The translations under genes and the position numbers were made by a program. Positions 1 through 11,777 of a stretch of DNA of 64,000 bases are shown here, one piece after another. Where the stretch lies: positions 496,001 to 560,000 of the forward strand of contig CDROCS010002597.1 in NCBI GenBank assembly GCA_977020255.1, read 5' to 3'. How positions within the stretch are numbered: position 1 is the stretch's first letter; every line of letters begins with the position of its first letter. This DNA is from Obrimoposthia wandeli (lineage: Eukaryota). A model generated the notes under the pieces. The model did not search any database and had not been told where the DNA came from. It was given only the letters and a program-made list of their open reading frames with translations.

Positions 1-330
1 AAATTAGTTTATTTTGCTTAATGCAAAACTGAAAACTGAAAACTAACAATGAACAATCAGATTCGAGCTTTACGAAACATGAAAACTGTCTAAAAACACT
101 TGCAGAAGAATTTCATGAAAGATTCAGAGATTTTGCATCGCATGAAGGTAATTGTGCCTTATTTGTGGCATCATTTTCTTAAGATGCTGCAAAATCCAGA
201 CTAAATATGGATGGAACTGTTAGAGATGCAGTCAGATTGAGCACTTAAAGCAAAACTTAATGAAGTACGATCTCCCAAGATATTGGCGTACTTGCGACAG
301 AAATTTTCGTAAATATTCAAAAACTTGTTA
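1..330 (+). pseudogene. hAT (GTF2IRD2/SPIN-like) transposase C-terminal remnant
   Basis: Broken frames read LKTLAEEFHERFRDF and MELLEMQSD*ALKAKLNEV, matching the hAT C-terminal pattern; stops and frameshifts present. Confidence 0.6.
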
Positions 331-1849
331 CAATTCTCTAATTATTACTGAAAATCATTCTAATCCAAATCGGAATAAAAGGTTGAAATTGTATTATTAG
401 CATACATTTCAAATCTACTCATAGATATGTCAAATATACCTAAAACACTCTTGGTGTGTGTTGTCGTCTAGAGAAATCACCAACAAACAAAATACAGTAC
501 TGTAGTGATTTCTTTGTTGCAGGAATAATCAGTCTGGAGAGGCAACAATTATAGTTTAAGGTGAAGAAAAAATCTGACATCCGGGAGGAGGAATTTTTGC
601 TTTGATTGATTTTCTTATTGACTGCTCTGGGGTTTTCTTTACACATCTAAATTTGCTTCATCTTGATGACTTTTTGCATGATTTCAACTAACATTTTCGA
701 AATTTCGTGTTTTAATTTGATATAACACAATAGATTCAGGAAAAGGCTAATATTCATAATTTGTCTAATCAATTGTATTAATCACATGTATTTTTCAATG
801 TATATAAAATCAATATATGACAATAAGAAACTGATTGAAATCTATTAAGCTTTAAACACAATATATAATCTATATACAATCTTTATAAAGATACTTATTC
901 ACTTTCACTCGAGAATCACGCAAATTTGAAAACAAGTTTGAAAAGAAAATAAACCTTATACACGTAAAAACAAGCTTACATTTAATTGATTTCTAACTGA
1001 AAGATGAATTTCTTTTGAAATTTCGCGTTAAAAAACTGAATTACTGTACTAAAATGTAGAATGAATATCATTCAAAATTTCAAAAAAACGGTCAGGTGAA
1101 TTATTAAAATCTGTTGAGTTGTTATGTTCTCGGGTTAATTAAAAATACTATACTATGTTAATCACATGCAATTACTTGGACTTATTTATATCATCCTATA
1201 TCTAACTTTCACTTTAATTTTATAAAACTTTTATTTAAATGTTTATATTTGAATCAAAATATAAATTGTCTCGATGTTAGCTCTTTTAATAGTTGAATGA
1301 TATTTTTACAACGTTAGGTTTGCTATTATAATATAAATTTAACCAAATAAAAAATACTTGTATTTCAAAACCTCTTAAAAATCATATGAAATAGTGGGAA
1401 TTCTGTATAAGTATCCATGTCAGACGTGGTCACACTACGGCTCCTTGATTCACTTAGGAACCTCTTTTAGCTTCATTGCGGTTAAACAAAGTGCATGTGG
1501 AAAACAAACAGCTTATTGCTACTGACTCAATCATAAACTTAGAAAGGGTCAACAAATTAGTGTAGTAACTTTATTTCAAGTCCCCATATTCTTGACTAAA
1601 TATTAGTCAGCATAAAAGACAATATTTGGAAACATCTGCATTTTATTTATTGAATACAACAGTAATTGAAATTGATTTTCTCACAATTGTCTTAATATAC
1701 CGGATAGTGAATATCTACAGTAATTGTCCAAATCTCTGTGAAAGCTCAACAAATTAGTGAGAAACTTAAGGCTTATGACTGTTAGTTTTGCATACTTGTA
1801 AAAAGTTTCGATATTGAAATGTTGACAATTTTCCACTTAAAGAAAGATA

Positions 1850-2950
1850 TTGAGGGTGCCCTTAAGTAACTGATCCGTTTAAAAACCGTTTAAATTTTTT
1901 TTTTAAAATTAAGAAACTTCATATTTTATTTAAACAATACAAATAAGTAATACTAGGAATTAAAAATTTCCAAAATAACTGCCAGTAGTCTCAACATAAT
2001 CTCCAAATCTTCTAACAACACTCCGGGATACTGCGTCATGCTCAAAACTTTATTTCAGTTCTTCAAAAGATTGTGCATTAGAAGCATACACATCATCTTC
2101 GAGCTCCCACAAGAAGAAATCAGACAGGCTAAGATTTGGTTATCTGGCTGGTCATTCGATTATCCCAAGGCGTTCAGGGAATGTCTCATCAAGCCATTGT
2201 AGAATATATTTGGTGTAGCTAGGAGTTGCATCATCTTGTTTTTAACTAAGTACACCAAAATTCGGGTACTCAGAAGCAAAAGGAAGAAGTTGATATTTCA
2301 GGATATCTATATAACGAGCATCATTAACAGTACACAAAAAGAAAAATGGGCCAATTAGGTGTGCGGCATTATCCTCCCCAGAATGTGACCCCTAAGAGAT
2401 TGGCTTCTAGTTCAATAATGTGGCGTGGGTTCTCAGATCCCCCAATAGATACAACTATGTCTATTCACGTATCCATTTAGTTCGAAGTAAGTTTCATCAC
2501 TCCATAACATACAACCTGGGAAATCAGATGGATCGCAATGAATCATAGAATAATCTTACAGAATTGTAATTATTTATTGAGGCCATCCACGTTGAGAGCA
2601 TGGAGAAGATGAGATTGAATGGTTTAAAGGCAATGTCGTCGAGAAAACTTCAGCTCTATCGATGCTTGGCTTATGGATATTTCAGGCCTAAGAACAAACG
2701 CAGCTGCTGCTAAATCATTTTTCTCAAGTGAAATAACAGTCTTTAGATGACCTGCCTTAGGGGAATTTGCCATTTCCAGCTTGGTCACCTTTTCATATGA
2801 GCAGAAGTATCCTCGATTTAGTAATTGCTAGATGATCTAAAGTGTTTATCCCAACAATATTAAACACATTTTTAGATGTTTCTAATACTTTTTAATAACA
2901 GAAATGCGTTTTTTCTTATCTAAATTTCTTCGCTGCATCCTAACAGTATA
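1850..2950 (-). mobile_element. Tc1/mariner-family transposase remnant
   Basis: Minus strand reads QQDDATPSYTKYILQWLDETFPERLGIIEWPAR*PNLSLSDFFLWELEDDVY, the QQDGAPxH...WPxRSPDL..LDFFLW catalytic region; many stops; outer limits approximate. Confidence 0.8.
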
Positions 2951-4299
2951 CATCGCTTAAAAAAACTTAATAAAAACACCAAAAAATTAGGAGATCGATG
3001 ACATTTGGTTCATTTTATGTAACGAAAGAATCCAAAGTAAATATATAAATCTCAATTAAAATAAAACGGCATGGATTTGACATTTAATGAAACATCTTAA
3101 TGTATCTATCTCAGGATATCTATTATTTCGTACCTATGAGCAGGGCGTTCTCTGCAATGCATGCACGTACATAAAGAGAATGTGCTGGAAACCGCTCATA
3201 CGCAAGCAGTGTACTCCAAAAGATAGCATCGAGTCATACACGGATGTTATCAGTAGTGGGATGTGTGTCTTTCGAAACAAAGACATTTACCCCAGAGGAA
3301 AAAATCCGCTGCCATGGCAACCAAGACATATTCGGTTAATATGCGTGTTGCCACGGCAACCAATTTTCCCGAGTACGTCAATGTCATTCCAAGGTCATTT
3401 TAAGGTCATTTCAAGGTCATTCCAAGGTCATTCTTTAGTTTAAACGTATCAATATTTATACAACTAATTTTTATCTGTCAGATTTTTGGAGATTAACTTT
3501 TTTGTTAATTCCAGAAAATTCTTTGAAAAAAAATAACGAATGAATTTTATTTTGTCTAATCACGTTATATTTTTCAACTCATATTCACATTCAAAACAAA
3601 ATTTACCAACTAATTAGTAGATTAGAAAAATATGTAATATCATAATTATTTATGGCAAAGCAGGCCTATCTAACTGTTATAAAATAAAAGTGAAATAATA
3701 ATTTCTTTACGTGTCCTCTACCAAGAAATTTACATAAAATCACGTTCATTAAAATATTTTTAATAGCAAATAAATTAAACTCTATAATACTATTCACACA
3801 CTGTAGTTATGGTAAAAGCACATCTACAGTTTGACTTTCCAAAGATGGCAAGGTAAAGGGTGAGATTGGATATTTTTGCAATGTCAGCTGCATTTTAGAA
3901 TTAAAATAAATAAAGAAAACTGCGGAGGTACATTTTGTAAAAATGTATTACCATACTTCCGCAGGGTCAGTTTAAGAGTAAACAAAAATATTAATATGGT
4001 ATAAATAAGATTTTAAATGTGCATTAGTCACAATGTCAAGTTTCAAATATCGATTATGTATAACGAAAATAAAGATATTCAATCTAATTCAGTCTTCAAT
4101 TTTAATATGATGTCAATGTTCGAGTTATTAATGATGGAAAGAAGAATACAAACAGATATTGATATTTTATTAATGTATCTGATTTGGAATTTTTCATAAA
4201 TTTCTTAATTGGGCATGCTTTGAAATTATATTGTATTTCTATTTCAAATATTTTGAATTTTATTTATTAACAGTAGAATAGCCTAATTTTTTCATAAAT

Positions 4300-4580
4300 G
4301 GAGACGATCCCACCATTCAGATGTCCGATATACTGACAGCTGACACTCTTGCGAAAAATTTTCTGCAACTTCTTTCTCCTGGGATTTCACGTAAAGCTCC
4401 AAGACATCTTAATGGGATGTGGTGTTTGTGCCGTTATTTACACTGTATAAATCATTTGACATATTTTAAGTAGATAAGAATGACACAGTTGAGCATGACT
4501 GAAATAAATACCGGTTTTTCCAGCACTCTTTCCTCTCATTAGATTCTATAACTCTGAATAGTACTGCATATACAAGTGTT
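4300..4580. repeat. ~280-bp direct repeat, copy 1 (copy 2 at ~5741-6021)
   Basis: Both copies begin GGAGACGATCCCACCA and align throughout with scattered substitutions and small indels. Confidence 0.85.
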
Positions 4581-5273
4581 ACATTTTTCTGTTGTACTTA
4601 ATAGTTGGGTAAAGGTTGTTTTATTTGAATGTGTCTCTAAATGTGAATATGGACTGGAAAATATGACATGTTTAATCTCTTTCTCAACACCCATAATCTT
4701 AAAAGAGGTGTACAATAAAATTTAACACTCTTTGATATAGCTGTCAGTTTCAGTTTTTCTTTCATTTCTGATAAACTAATGATCCATAGAAGCAAATCCG
4801 TGATTGAATTCAAAATTAAAATTAAATTAACCTGAAAATTGAAAACTCACAACATCTATTAGAGAAAGATTTAAATTATAACCATAAAATATAATATTCG
4901 AAGTTTTCTGTACAAAGTTACACAACAAATTGCCTATGTAAGAAAAGTCAAGAATATAAATACCTTTGAATGAATATGAAAATTTTCCTAGTTAAGAAGC
5001 ATTGTGAAGAGTTCCTGTGACATCTAATTCAAACTACAATAAATAAATACAGATTTATAATGCTTAGATGCACCTTTGAATAATTTCTGGTCAATACATT
5101 CCAGTGCTATATAAATGTATGTTATGTTATTGTTTCAGTTTCTTTAGAATGTAATCAAATAAACTGATTGGATGTCTAACTAAATTTGTTATTTTATATT
5201 AACTTACCGAACTATAGACTAAACGTTGTCATACATCCAAAATGCCTGGCGCGGTGAAGTGGATGGTCACTCA

Positions 5274-5629
5274 CCGCGTGTGATGAGCTTGCCCAGTCTG
5301 AAGACGACTGCTCGCTGATATTGGGTGACGACTTTGAGGGAGAGGATAAGTGAGAAGGGGAATAGCAAAATGACGAGAATGATCGAGACAATTTGTAGAG
5401 TCATCTCACATCCAAGTAAGATTTGATCATTGCAGATATTGGACTTGGGCTTAGACTCGAGTCTCTCTGGCACCAGGGAAAAACTGCGCTTGAGGAGAGC
5501 GCGATTCCCAGATCTTGGAGGTCTTGTGGGCTGCTGGGCTGCTGCTACTCCGCCTCCAGCACCGGGCTGATTAGAGTCGTCACTGCTGACGTTGCTGTTC
5601 TTGTTCAGCAGATCGAAGTGGACTGACAT
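5274..5629 (-). CDS. Stomatin/band-7 (SPFH) family protein, first coding exon (host gene)
   Basis: Translates ...IVSIILVILLFPFSLILSLKVVTQYQRAVVFRLGKL, the stomatin hairpin plus SPFH start; followed by a GTGAGT donor; downstream exons not located. Confidence 0.85.
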
Positions 5630-5740
5630 TTCTGGCTCCGTGGGCTTACTGTGGATGCTTTATATATATGGGGAAGTCAGACCGGCCAATTAGACAGACC
5701 GGGTGGTGGGCGGTTACTGTGATTGGTTCTGGTCTTCTTC

Positions 5741-6021
5741 GGAGACGATCCCACCACTCAGATGTCCGATAATCTGACAGCTGACACTATTGCAAGCATT
5801 TTTCTGCAACTTCCTTCTCCTGGGATTTCACGTAGAGCTCCAATAAGACATCTTAATGGAATGTCATGTTTGTGCCGTTATTTACACTGTATAAATCATT
5901 TGACACATTTTAGATAGATAAGAATGACACAGTCGAGCAAGACTGAAATATATACCGGTTTGTCCAGCACCCTTTCCTCTCATCAGACTCTATAAATCTG
6001 AATAGTACGGCATATACAAGT
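5741..6021. repeat. ~280-bp direct repeat, copy 2
   Basis: Aligns to 4300-4580. Confidence 0.85.
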
Positions 6022-6100
6022 ATGTCTTTATTACATTACTTTATATTATCTGTTTAATGTCAGTTTAATTAATGCGTCGCTTATAGATAGATTTGATGTT

Positions 6101-6230
6101 AGTAGGTGGATGTGTCCGGTCTAATCCACACCCCCTCCCCCCTCTGTCCTTTAAAACCGTGCATGTGTGTGAAGTGAAATTTCGTGCATGTGTGTGGAGT
6201 GAAATTTCATGCATGAGTGTGGAGTGAAAT
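6101..6230 (+). repeat. Polinton terminal sequence (TIR-like) with ~25-bp internal subrepeats
   Basis: Reverse complement of ~40965-41077 aligns with substitutions and indels; GTGCATGTGTGTG(A/G)AGTGAAATTT repeated about 3 times. Confidence 0.75.
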
Positions 6231-6568
6231 TTTCTACCCCCCCCACCCAACACTCAAAAAACTAATTAACCCCATATAACACCCTTTAAAATTGAAAATC
6301 TCATAATGCTCCCAAAAAAGTGAGGAAGGTCCTGGGACGCCGTTTAGTGGGCCAAAGCGTGCCCTCCGCGGTGGTTTAACGAGCAACACATATACAGGGT
6401 CGCGAAAAAATTTTCCTCATAAGAATTTATATCCATACATATAAAGATAGGGTCGCGAAAAATTGTACGCGAGAAATTTTTTTTTCGCATCCTACGGACG
6501 CGAAAAATATTTTTAAATTATCAACTACATAAATTGGAAATGATATCAACATTTTCATTTTATTCGGA

Positions 6569-6710
6569 TGAGTTATCGTTGAGTCATAGGATGAGTCATC
6601 GATGAGTCATAGAATGAGTCATGATGACCTTAAATGACCTTGACCTCATGATGACCTTAATTGACCTTGACCTCATGAGGTCATGACCTTAACTTGACCT
6701 TAAATGACCA
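6569..6710. promoter_or_regulatory. Subterminal array of TGAGTCA (AP-1-type) and TGACCT/AGGTCA (nuclear-receptor half-site) motifs
   Basis: TGAGTCA at 6580, 6592, 6603, 6615; eight TGACCT, including DR0 pairs and the palindrome AGGTCATGACCT; function inferred. Confidence 0.45.
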
Positions 6711-7079
6711 CTGAAAAAAATTCTACCCTTCAAACATGTACGGTCAAGAAAATATTACTATTTTAAATCAAAAGATATATATGTATTCAAACATCAACAA
6801 AAATTAAGAAAATACTATAAATTATTTGAATAATACGTTCTCATTGGACGTTGAACTTAAGCAACAAAAACTTAAGAAGATAATACTATTTTCAAATAAA
6901 ATATTATTTTTTTTCAATGACATACTCGCATTCAATCGTAGTTAAAAAATTGATAAAAGCCTATGGATTTTTTAAATAAATTATTTGAATAACCCGCTTT
7001 CATTGGACGATAAAAGAGGGTTAGTCTGTTGTTTTTGTATATAAGGAAACCTCTTTTCATTATTTTTCATTAATAAAGA

Positions 7080-9210
7080 ATGGCAAATTTCAACAACGTC
7101 CATTTGGATGAAGAGATGGAGGTACATCTATATGGGGATTTCTCTCCAGTACAACAGCGAACGCCACCACCGGCACAGTACATTGACTTACTTAGTCAAG
7201 ACACGTCGGTGGTGAGCGAAGGAGACGAAGGAGAAGCAGCATCAAGAGCCGAGCTGTTGCTAGAAGAACCGCCATTGGCCAGCTCAACTCCGAGAGAAGA
7301 ACCAATGAGCGTGAGAGGTGGGATACAGAGATCCCAATATATCGACCTGACTAGTCAGGATTCGATTGAGAATTGGGAAGACTGTACTCCCAGGCAAAAC
7401 ACAAAACCCAATCGTCCGGCAACTTCAGCAGTAGCAGCAGGGAGATCCAATCTCTTCCAGAATTTTGAGGCGGCAATCAAATGCCCCTGGAAATTGATCC
7501 CGCTGTCTCAGCCGAAGATAGTACTCGCACCAGACTCAGACGAGGAGCTATTCACCGATGACGTTCCGTCGGATGGTGAGGAGGACTTGACTCCATTCAT
7601 CAACGAATAGATACAGCCAAGTATCGGAGCCCCAGGAGCCAACGATTCGATGGTGGCAGAATTGGACGAGGACGAGTGGCGCCTGTTCATCGACGATTGG
7701 GATGGTGTCACTCTCTTTACAACTCCAACTCCGATAGCCGACAATACGGTGCCTGATTCATTCAAAAGACTGCAATCTCCGATACGTCCTGTTAGGAGAA
7801 TAAAGGCGACGAATGAGGTTAGTCTATTAATTTATTTAAAATGTTTTTTAATTTCATTTTTAGAAACTTCAACTGGATTTGGCACCGTCAGTGACCACGG
7901 TGGAGAGGCGGATTGAACCGCAGTACTTGGCGAGTCAATGAAGCCAGGATGATCCCAGGAGTGATCAGCGATACCTACCGACTCCGGCTAAATTTGAGAT
8001 ATATTATTATAAATTAGTTAATTATTTTAATTATTCACATATGAAGCCGAATTGGTGGAGGAAATTTGGGAGGAGGCAACTCTCAGACTACTCATTGATA
8101 GGAAACAAGCGGCGGTTAAGAAACCTCGACGCCATCGGGTCAAAACCCACAAGGTCCATCGGAAGAAGGCCAAGTTGGCGAAACAGGCTAACCTGCCCGT
8201 CATCGAGGTAAATTATTTATATTTTTTAATTTTATTGATGTTTATTGTTGCAGGAACCAATACAATTAACTGAGGAGACATGGGGCAAAATTTCTCCTTT
8301 CCCGCAGAAGCGAACGAGGCAGGCTGCTGTACGGAAGACACGGCGTCTTAGAAAGGCGAAATCCTGTCTGCTCAATTCGAGTGAAGTAACGATTGAGCGG
8401 CAGGAAAAACTTCCGTATAAGATTATTGAGGTAATTTTTTGGTATTTTAAATATTTTTTTAATTAAATAAAATTTATTTGAAATTTTATTTTTGTTTTCA
8501 ATTGCAGGAACCTGTCCGGATAATTGAAGAGACTTGGGGAGAAGTTACCTTCTTTACCTAAGAAAAGGACAAAGCGGGCAGAGGTGAAAAAGACGAAGCG
8601 CTCGAGAAAAATTCGCACCTCAATTGGCCATTATTCTGAGGCGGTGATTGGCCAGCAGGAGATTCTCCCTCCTCCAGTGGACGACGGGCCTATCCTATAT
8701 GAGAGGATCCCAGTCTCGCTGATCGAAATAAGTCCGCCCTCGAGTCAACAACGCCTGCAGGAGACTGCTTCTCCTCGTCCAACAACCAGCCAAAACTTGA
8801 AGAGGGCCTGGGATGACCCAGGTTTGCACGAATTCCTGGCGAAACTGGATTCACCGGCAATGCTTCCAGATTCGCGTGGGCAACAGGATGCCGTCTCACG
8901 CCAGCTTCAGCGTGAGAAGGAGGAGAAACAGATGAAAGCTCCGTGGAAGAGGAAGGCTACTGCTTCTATGTCGGGGCCATCAACATCGGCTGCACCTCCT
9001 CCCAAAAAGTTGCGGCAACTATTGCCAAAACCTGAGGGAAGGACAATTGCTGTACAGCAACCGGTGAAGCCGAAAAAGAAACCGGGCCGGCCAAAGAAGA
9101 AGGAACCAGTACCGCTTTCTCCTATAAAACTAAGTCGGAGGGAATACGACCCGGATGATCCCAATGAAGACTTCGTAAAGATTTTCAAAAATATAATTTA
9201 CAAAAATTAG
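7080..9210 (+). pseudogene. Spliced 5-exon viral accessory gene: acidic N-terminus with two SIM-like motifs, three basic repeats, AT-hook
   Basis: Exons 7080-7817, 7864-7998, 8043-8207, 8254-8430, 8508-9210; all introns phase 0; in-frame stops at 7608 and in exon 2; frameshift ~8545; intron 2 ends are mutated. Confidence 0.7.
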
Positions 9211-9567
9211 TTTCTTGTGTTGTCTTTTTATTATTATTTATTTTAGAATTTAGTAAAATTAAAATATACTACTTAAGTTTATTAAAATAACAAGATTAAA
9301 AATAAAGTTTAGAATTTAGTAATATTAAAATATCCTCCTTAAGTTTTTTAAAATAACAAGATTAAAAATAAAGGTAACTTATTCGAATGTGATTGGATTG
9401 TTAAGGAATAAATAAATTTTTTTAGGATTAAATATAAATGCAATGATTAGTTATATATCATTTAAACTTTCATTTGATAAATATATTTTAATTGCTTGTG
9501 ATTGGATTAAAAATATCTTAAATTTATATATAGGTTCAAATTTATTAACATCTTCATAATTAAAAAA

Positions 9568-9897
9568 ATGGAATTTATTAAATTGCAAAGTTTGGTGACG
9601 AAGATCGAGGCAAAAATAAGAATAAATGAGAAGAAAGGAGACTTACGAAAGAGGATCCTCAACCAGAATTTATATACTGCTGTCGCGACCGAGTGGAATC
9701 GTCGGGTGGAGATTCAGGACAGGCGGCTAGCGGAACGACGTCGGGTTGTGGAGTGGAACAAGAAAATCGAAATGGAAAAAAAGAAGGTGGAGGAAAAAAG
9801 AAGAGAAGAGACGGAGGATGTTCGGCGAGCAGCAAGAAAGCGAATCCTCCAGATTAAACCAGAAGAGGGTCCTTCCACAAAAAGAAATTTTTATTGA
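9568..9897 (+). CDS. Small charged coiled-coil protein (weakly SERTA-like N-terminus); homolog at ~27489-27720
   Basis: Open 109-aa ORF; NLYTAVATEWN matches SLYAAIRTEWN in E2. Confidence 0.6.
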   Translation: MEFIKLQSLVTKIEAKIRINEKKGDLRKRILNQNLYTAVATEWNRRVEIQDRRLAERRRVVEWNKKIEMEKKKVEEKRREETEDVRRAARKRILQIKPEEGPSTKRNFY

Positions 9898-10034
9898 TTA
9901 CTTTATATTTATTCATTATGTTATAAAATTGTCTAAATATAAAATTGTCTAAAAACTACCTCGTCATTTTAATAAATTTTTGATTAATAGTTTTTCGTTA
10001 TAAACAACGGGATTTGCTGCAAATTTAGATAATT

Positions 10035-10523
10035 ATGCAGGAATATATCATAGATTTTGAGGCTTTCATTAACAAAAATGGTGATTATATTATAAAATAA
10101 TTATGTATTATGGATGTATGCGACGTTTTTCATCCTTTGCATTTCATATTTCAAATTGATATCCCATTTAAAAGTTTAGATTATAAGAAAAAATTTACTA
10201 ATTTATATCTAAATTATTACTTTCATTTATTAAAATGGAAAGAAGGACATAAGGCTTTTTGTGAAATATGTATTTTCGATTCAAAAACATCTAATTTTGA
10301 TATAGAAAATGGAATTTTTTATGTTTTAGATGAAATGGATGGCAAAAAATATAAGACTTCAAAAAAATATTTTCCCAAATTGAGGTTGAATACTTTAAGT
10401 ATTTCACGTGATCATCTATTAAAAATTCCACGGAATATTTACTGTCCATATCGTAATCATGGTGACCATTGCGCATATAAAAAATGTTTAAGTCTTTCTT
10501 ATTATTACTTGACATGTAGATAA
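10035..10523 (+). pseudogene. Polinton-associated protein with DxE (DEDD-like) N-terminal motif and C-terminal Cys/His cluster
   Basis: MQEYIIDFEAFINKNGDYIIK*LCIMD...CPYRNHGDHCAYKKC; a single TAA sits where E of KEL is expected. Confidence 0.55.
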
Positions 10524-10723
10524 ACAATTCTTCTAATTCATAATTTTCATATTATTACAATTAAATCTTTTGATTGGAGGAATAAAAAAATATTTTTTTC
10601 GACCCTTTAACAGATAAACAAACCTTCTCAATTTTTTAATCCAATAGGAAAAGAGCATGTGTGCATAAATTTTAGTATATAAGCAAACACTTTCTTCATT
10701 TAAATCCCCGACAATTTGAAATA

Positions 10724-11777
10724 ATGCCTATGGTAAGAATTTATTTTTATTATTTCCTTATTAATATTTATTATTTCAGATTACTTGTAACCTATTCCCT
10801 GCGTATTGTGGTGCTTCGGCTCCACATGGAGGAGAGACCTGCATGGAGACAATGTCTGCATACTACCGGACAAAGTCTCAAGGTGTTCACTTCTTCGTCT
10901 GCCCCTTCTGCAGAACAATGGAGGAGAAGGAGTTTCGAGACTTCTTCAGTGAACATTGAGCTCATCTATCGTGTTTCACGGCCAACAACAAGAAGAGGGA
11001 TATCATGCAATTGGTGCGCGATTCGCAGGTCGCTCCACCTCCAATTCCAGTTGCAGTCGATCAACCCTTTTACGGTCCTGCGATTGGTCTCCCGGCTCCT
11101 GGTTCTGACCCATCCACTCAAATGTCTAACAATGAGTGGATGAATGACATATCCCAGTCAGATTTCGAGATAGAGCAGTGGAGCGATAACTCATGGTTGG
11201 AGACCATCGAGGAATCCGATTTCGTCGAGATGTCGGACGACAGCTCGATGGATTTCGTCAATGAAGAGGACTTCATTCCAGCTCAACTTGGATTGCCTTC
11301 ATTAGGTATTTTTTATTATTATTTTTAAATTATATATTTTATTTTTTAATATATATATTTTATTTTTATTTTTTATTCAGGAAATACCGTTCTACAATCG
11401 TCATCTGCTACAACAGATATGCCTCCACCATCGCGAGTGCCTACATCGATGTTAGCACGCCTTAGAGGTAATAATTTATAAAAATATATTTATTTTTTAA
11501 TATATTTATTTCAGCAGCACTAACCTCTACAACAGCCGCTTCTTCATCAGCAAGGTCAGCGGTCCCTTCAACATCAGCTACAGTGGCCTCAACATCGGCA
11601 GCATCACCAATAGCAGCATCTTCAACCTCAGCTGCCTTTGTGTCAACTGCTAATATAGATAGTTGTCTTCCCGTTCAATTAGGGGGAGGTTTGTCAGCGA
11701 CAAACGGAAGAAAGAAGCGAGGCCAATTTCTTAATAAGGTCCTACCAAAAAAAGTAGAGAAAATGGTGCTACTATAG
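10724..11777 (+). pseudogene. Spliced Zn-finger/acidic/Ser-Ala-rich segment, probably the N-terminal extension of pPolB
   Basis: GT-AG introns 10733-10779, 11306-11380, 11468-11514 all keep frame; one in-frame TGA at 10957; QLGGG motif near the end; -1 shift at the A7 run 11747-11753 enters the PolB frame. Confidence 0.7.

Noticed and set aside
7999-8042. U12-type (AT-AC) intron
   Set aside because: Ends are AT..AT without the ATATCCTT donor consensus; more likely a mutated GT-AG intron
7508-9188. Antisense ORFs listed over the first gene, and similar shadows over the CYP, capsid and exonuclease genes
   Set aside because: Shadow frames of GC-richer coding sequence with no recognisable motifs
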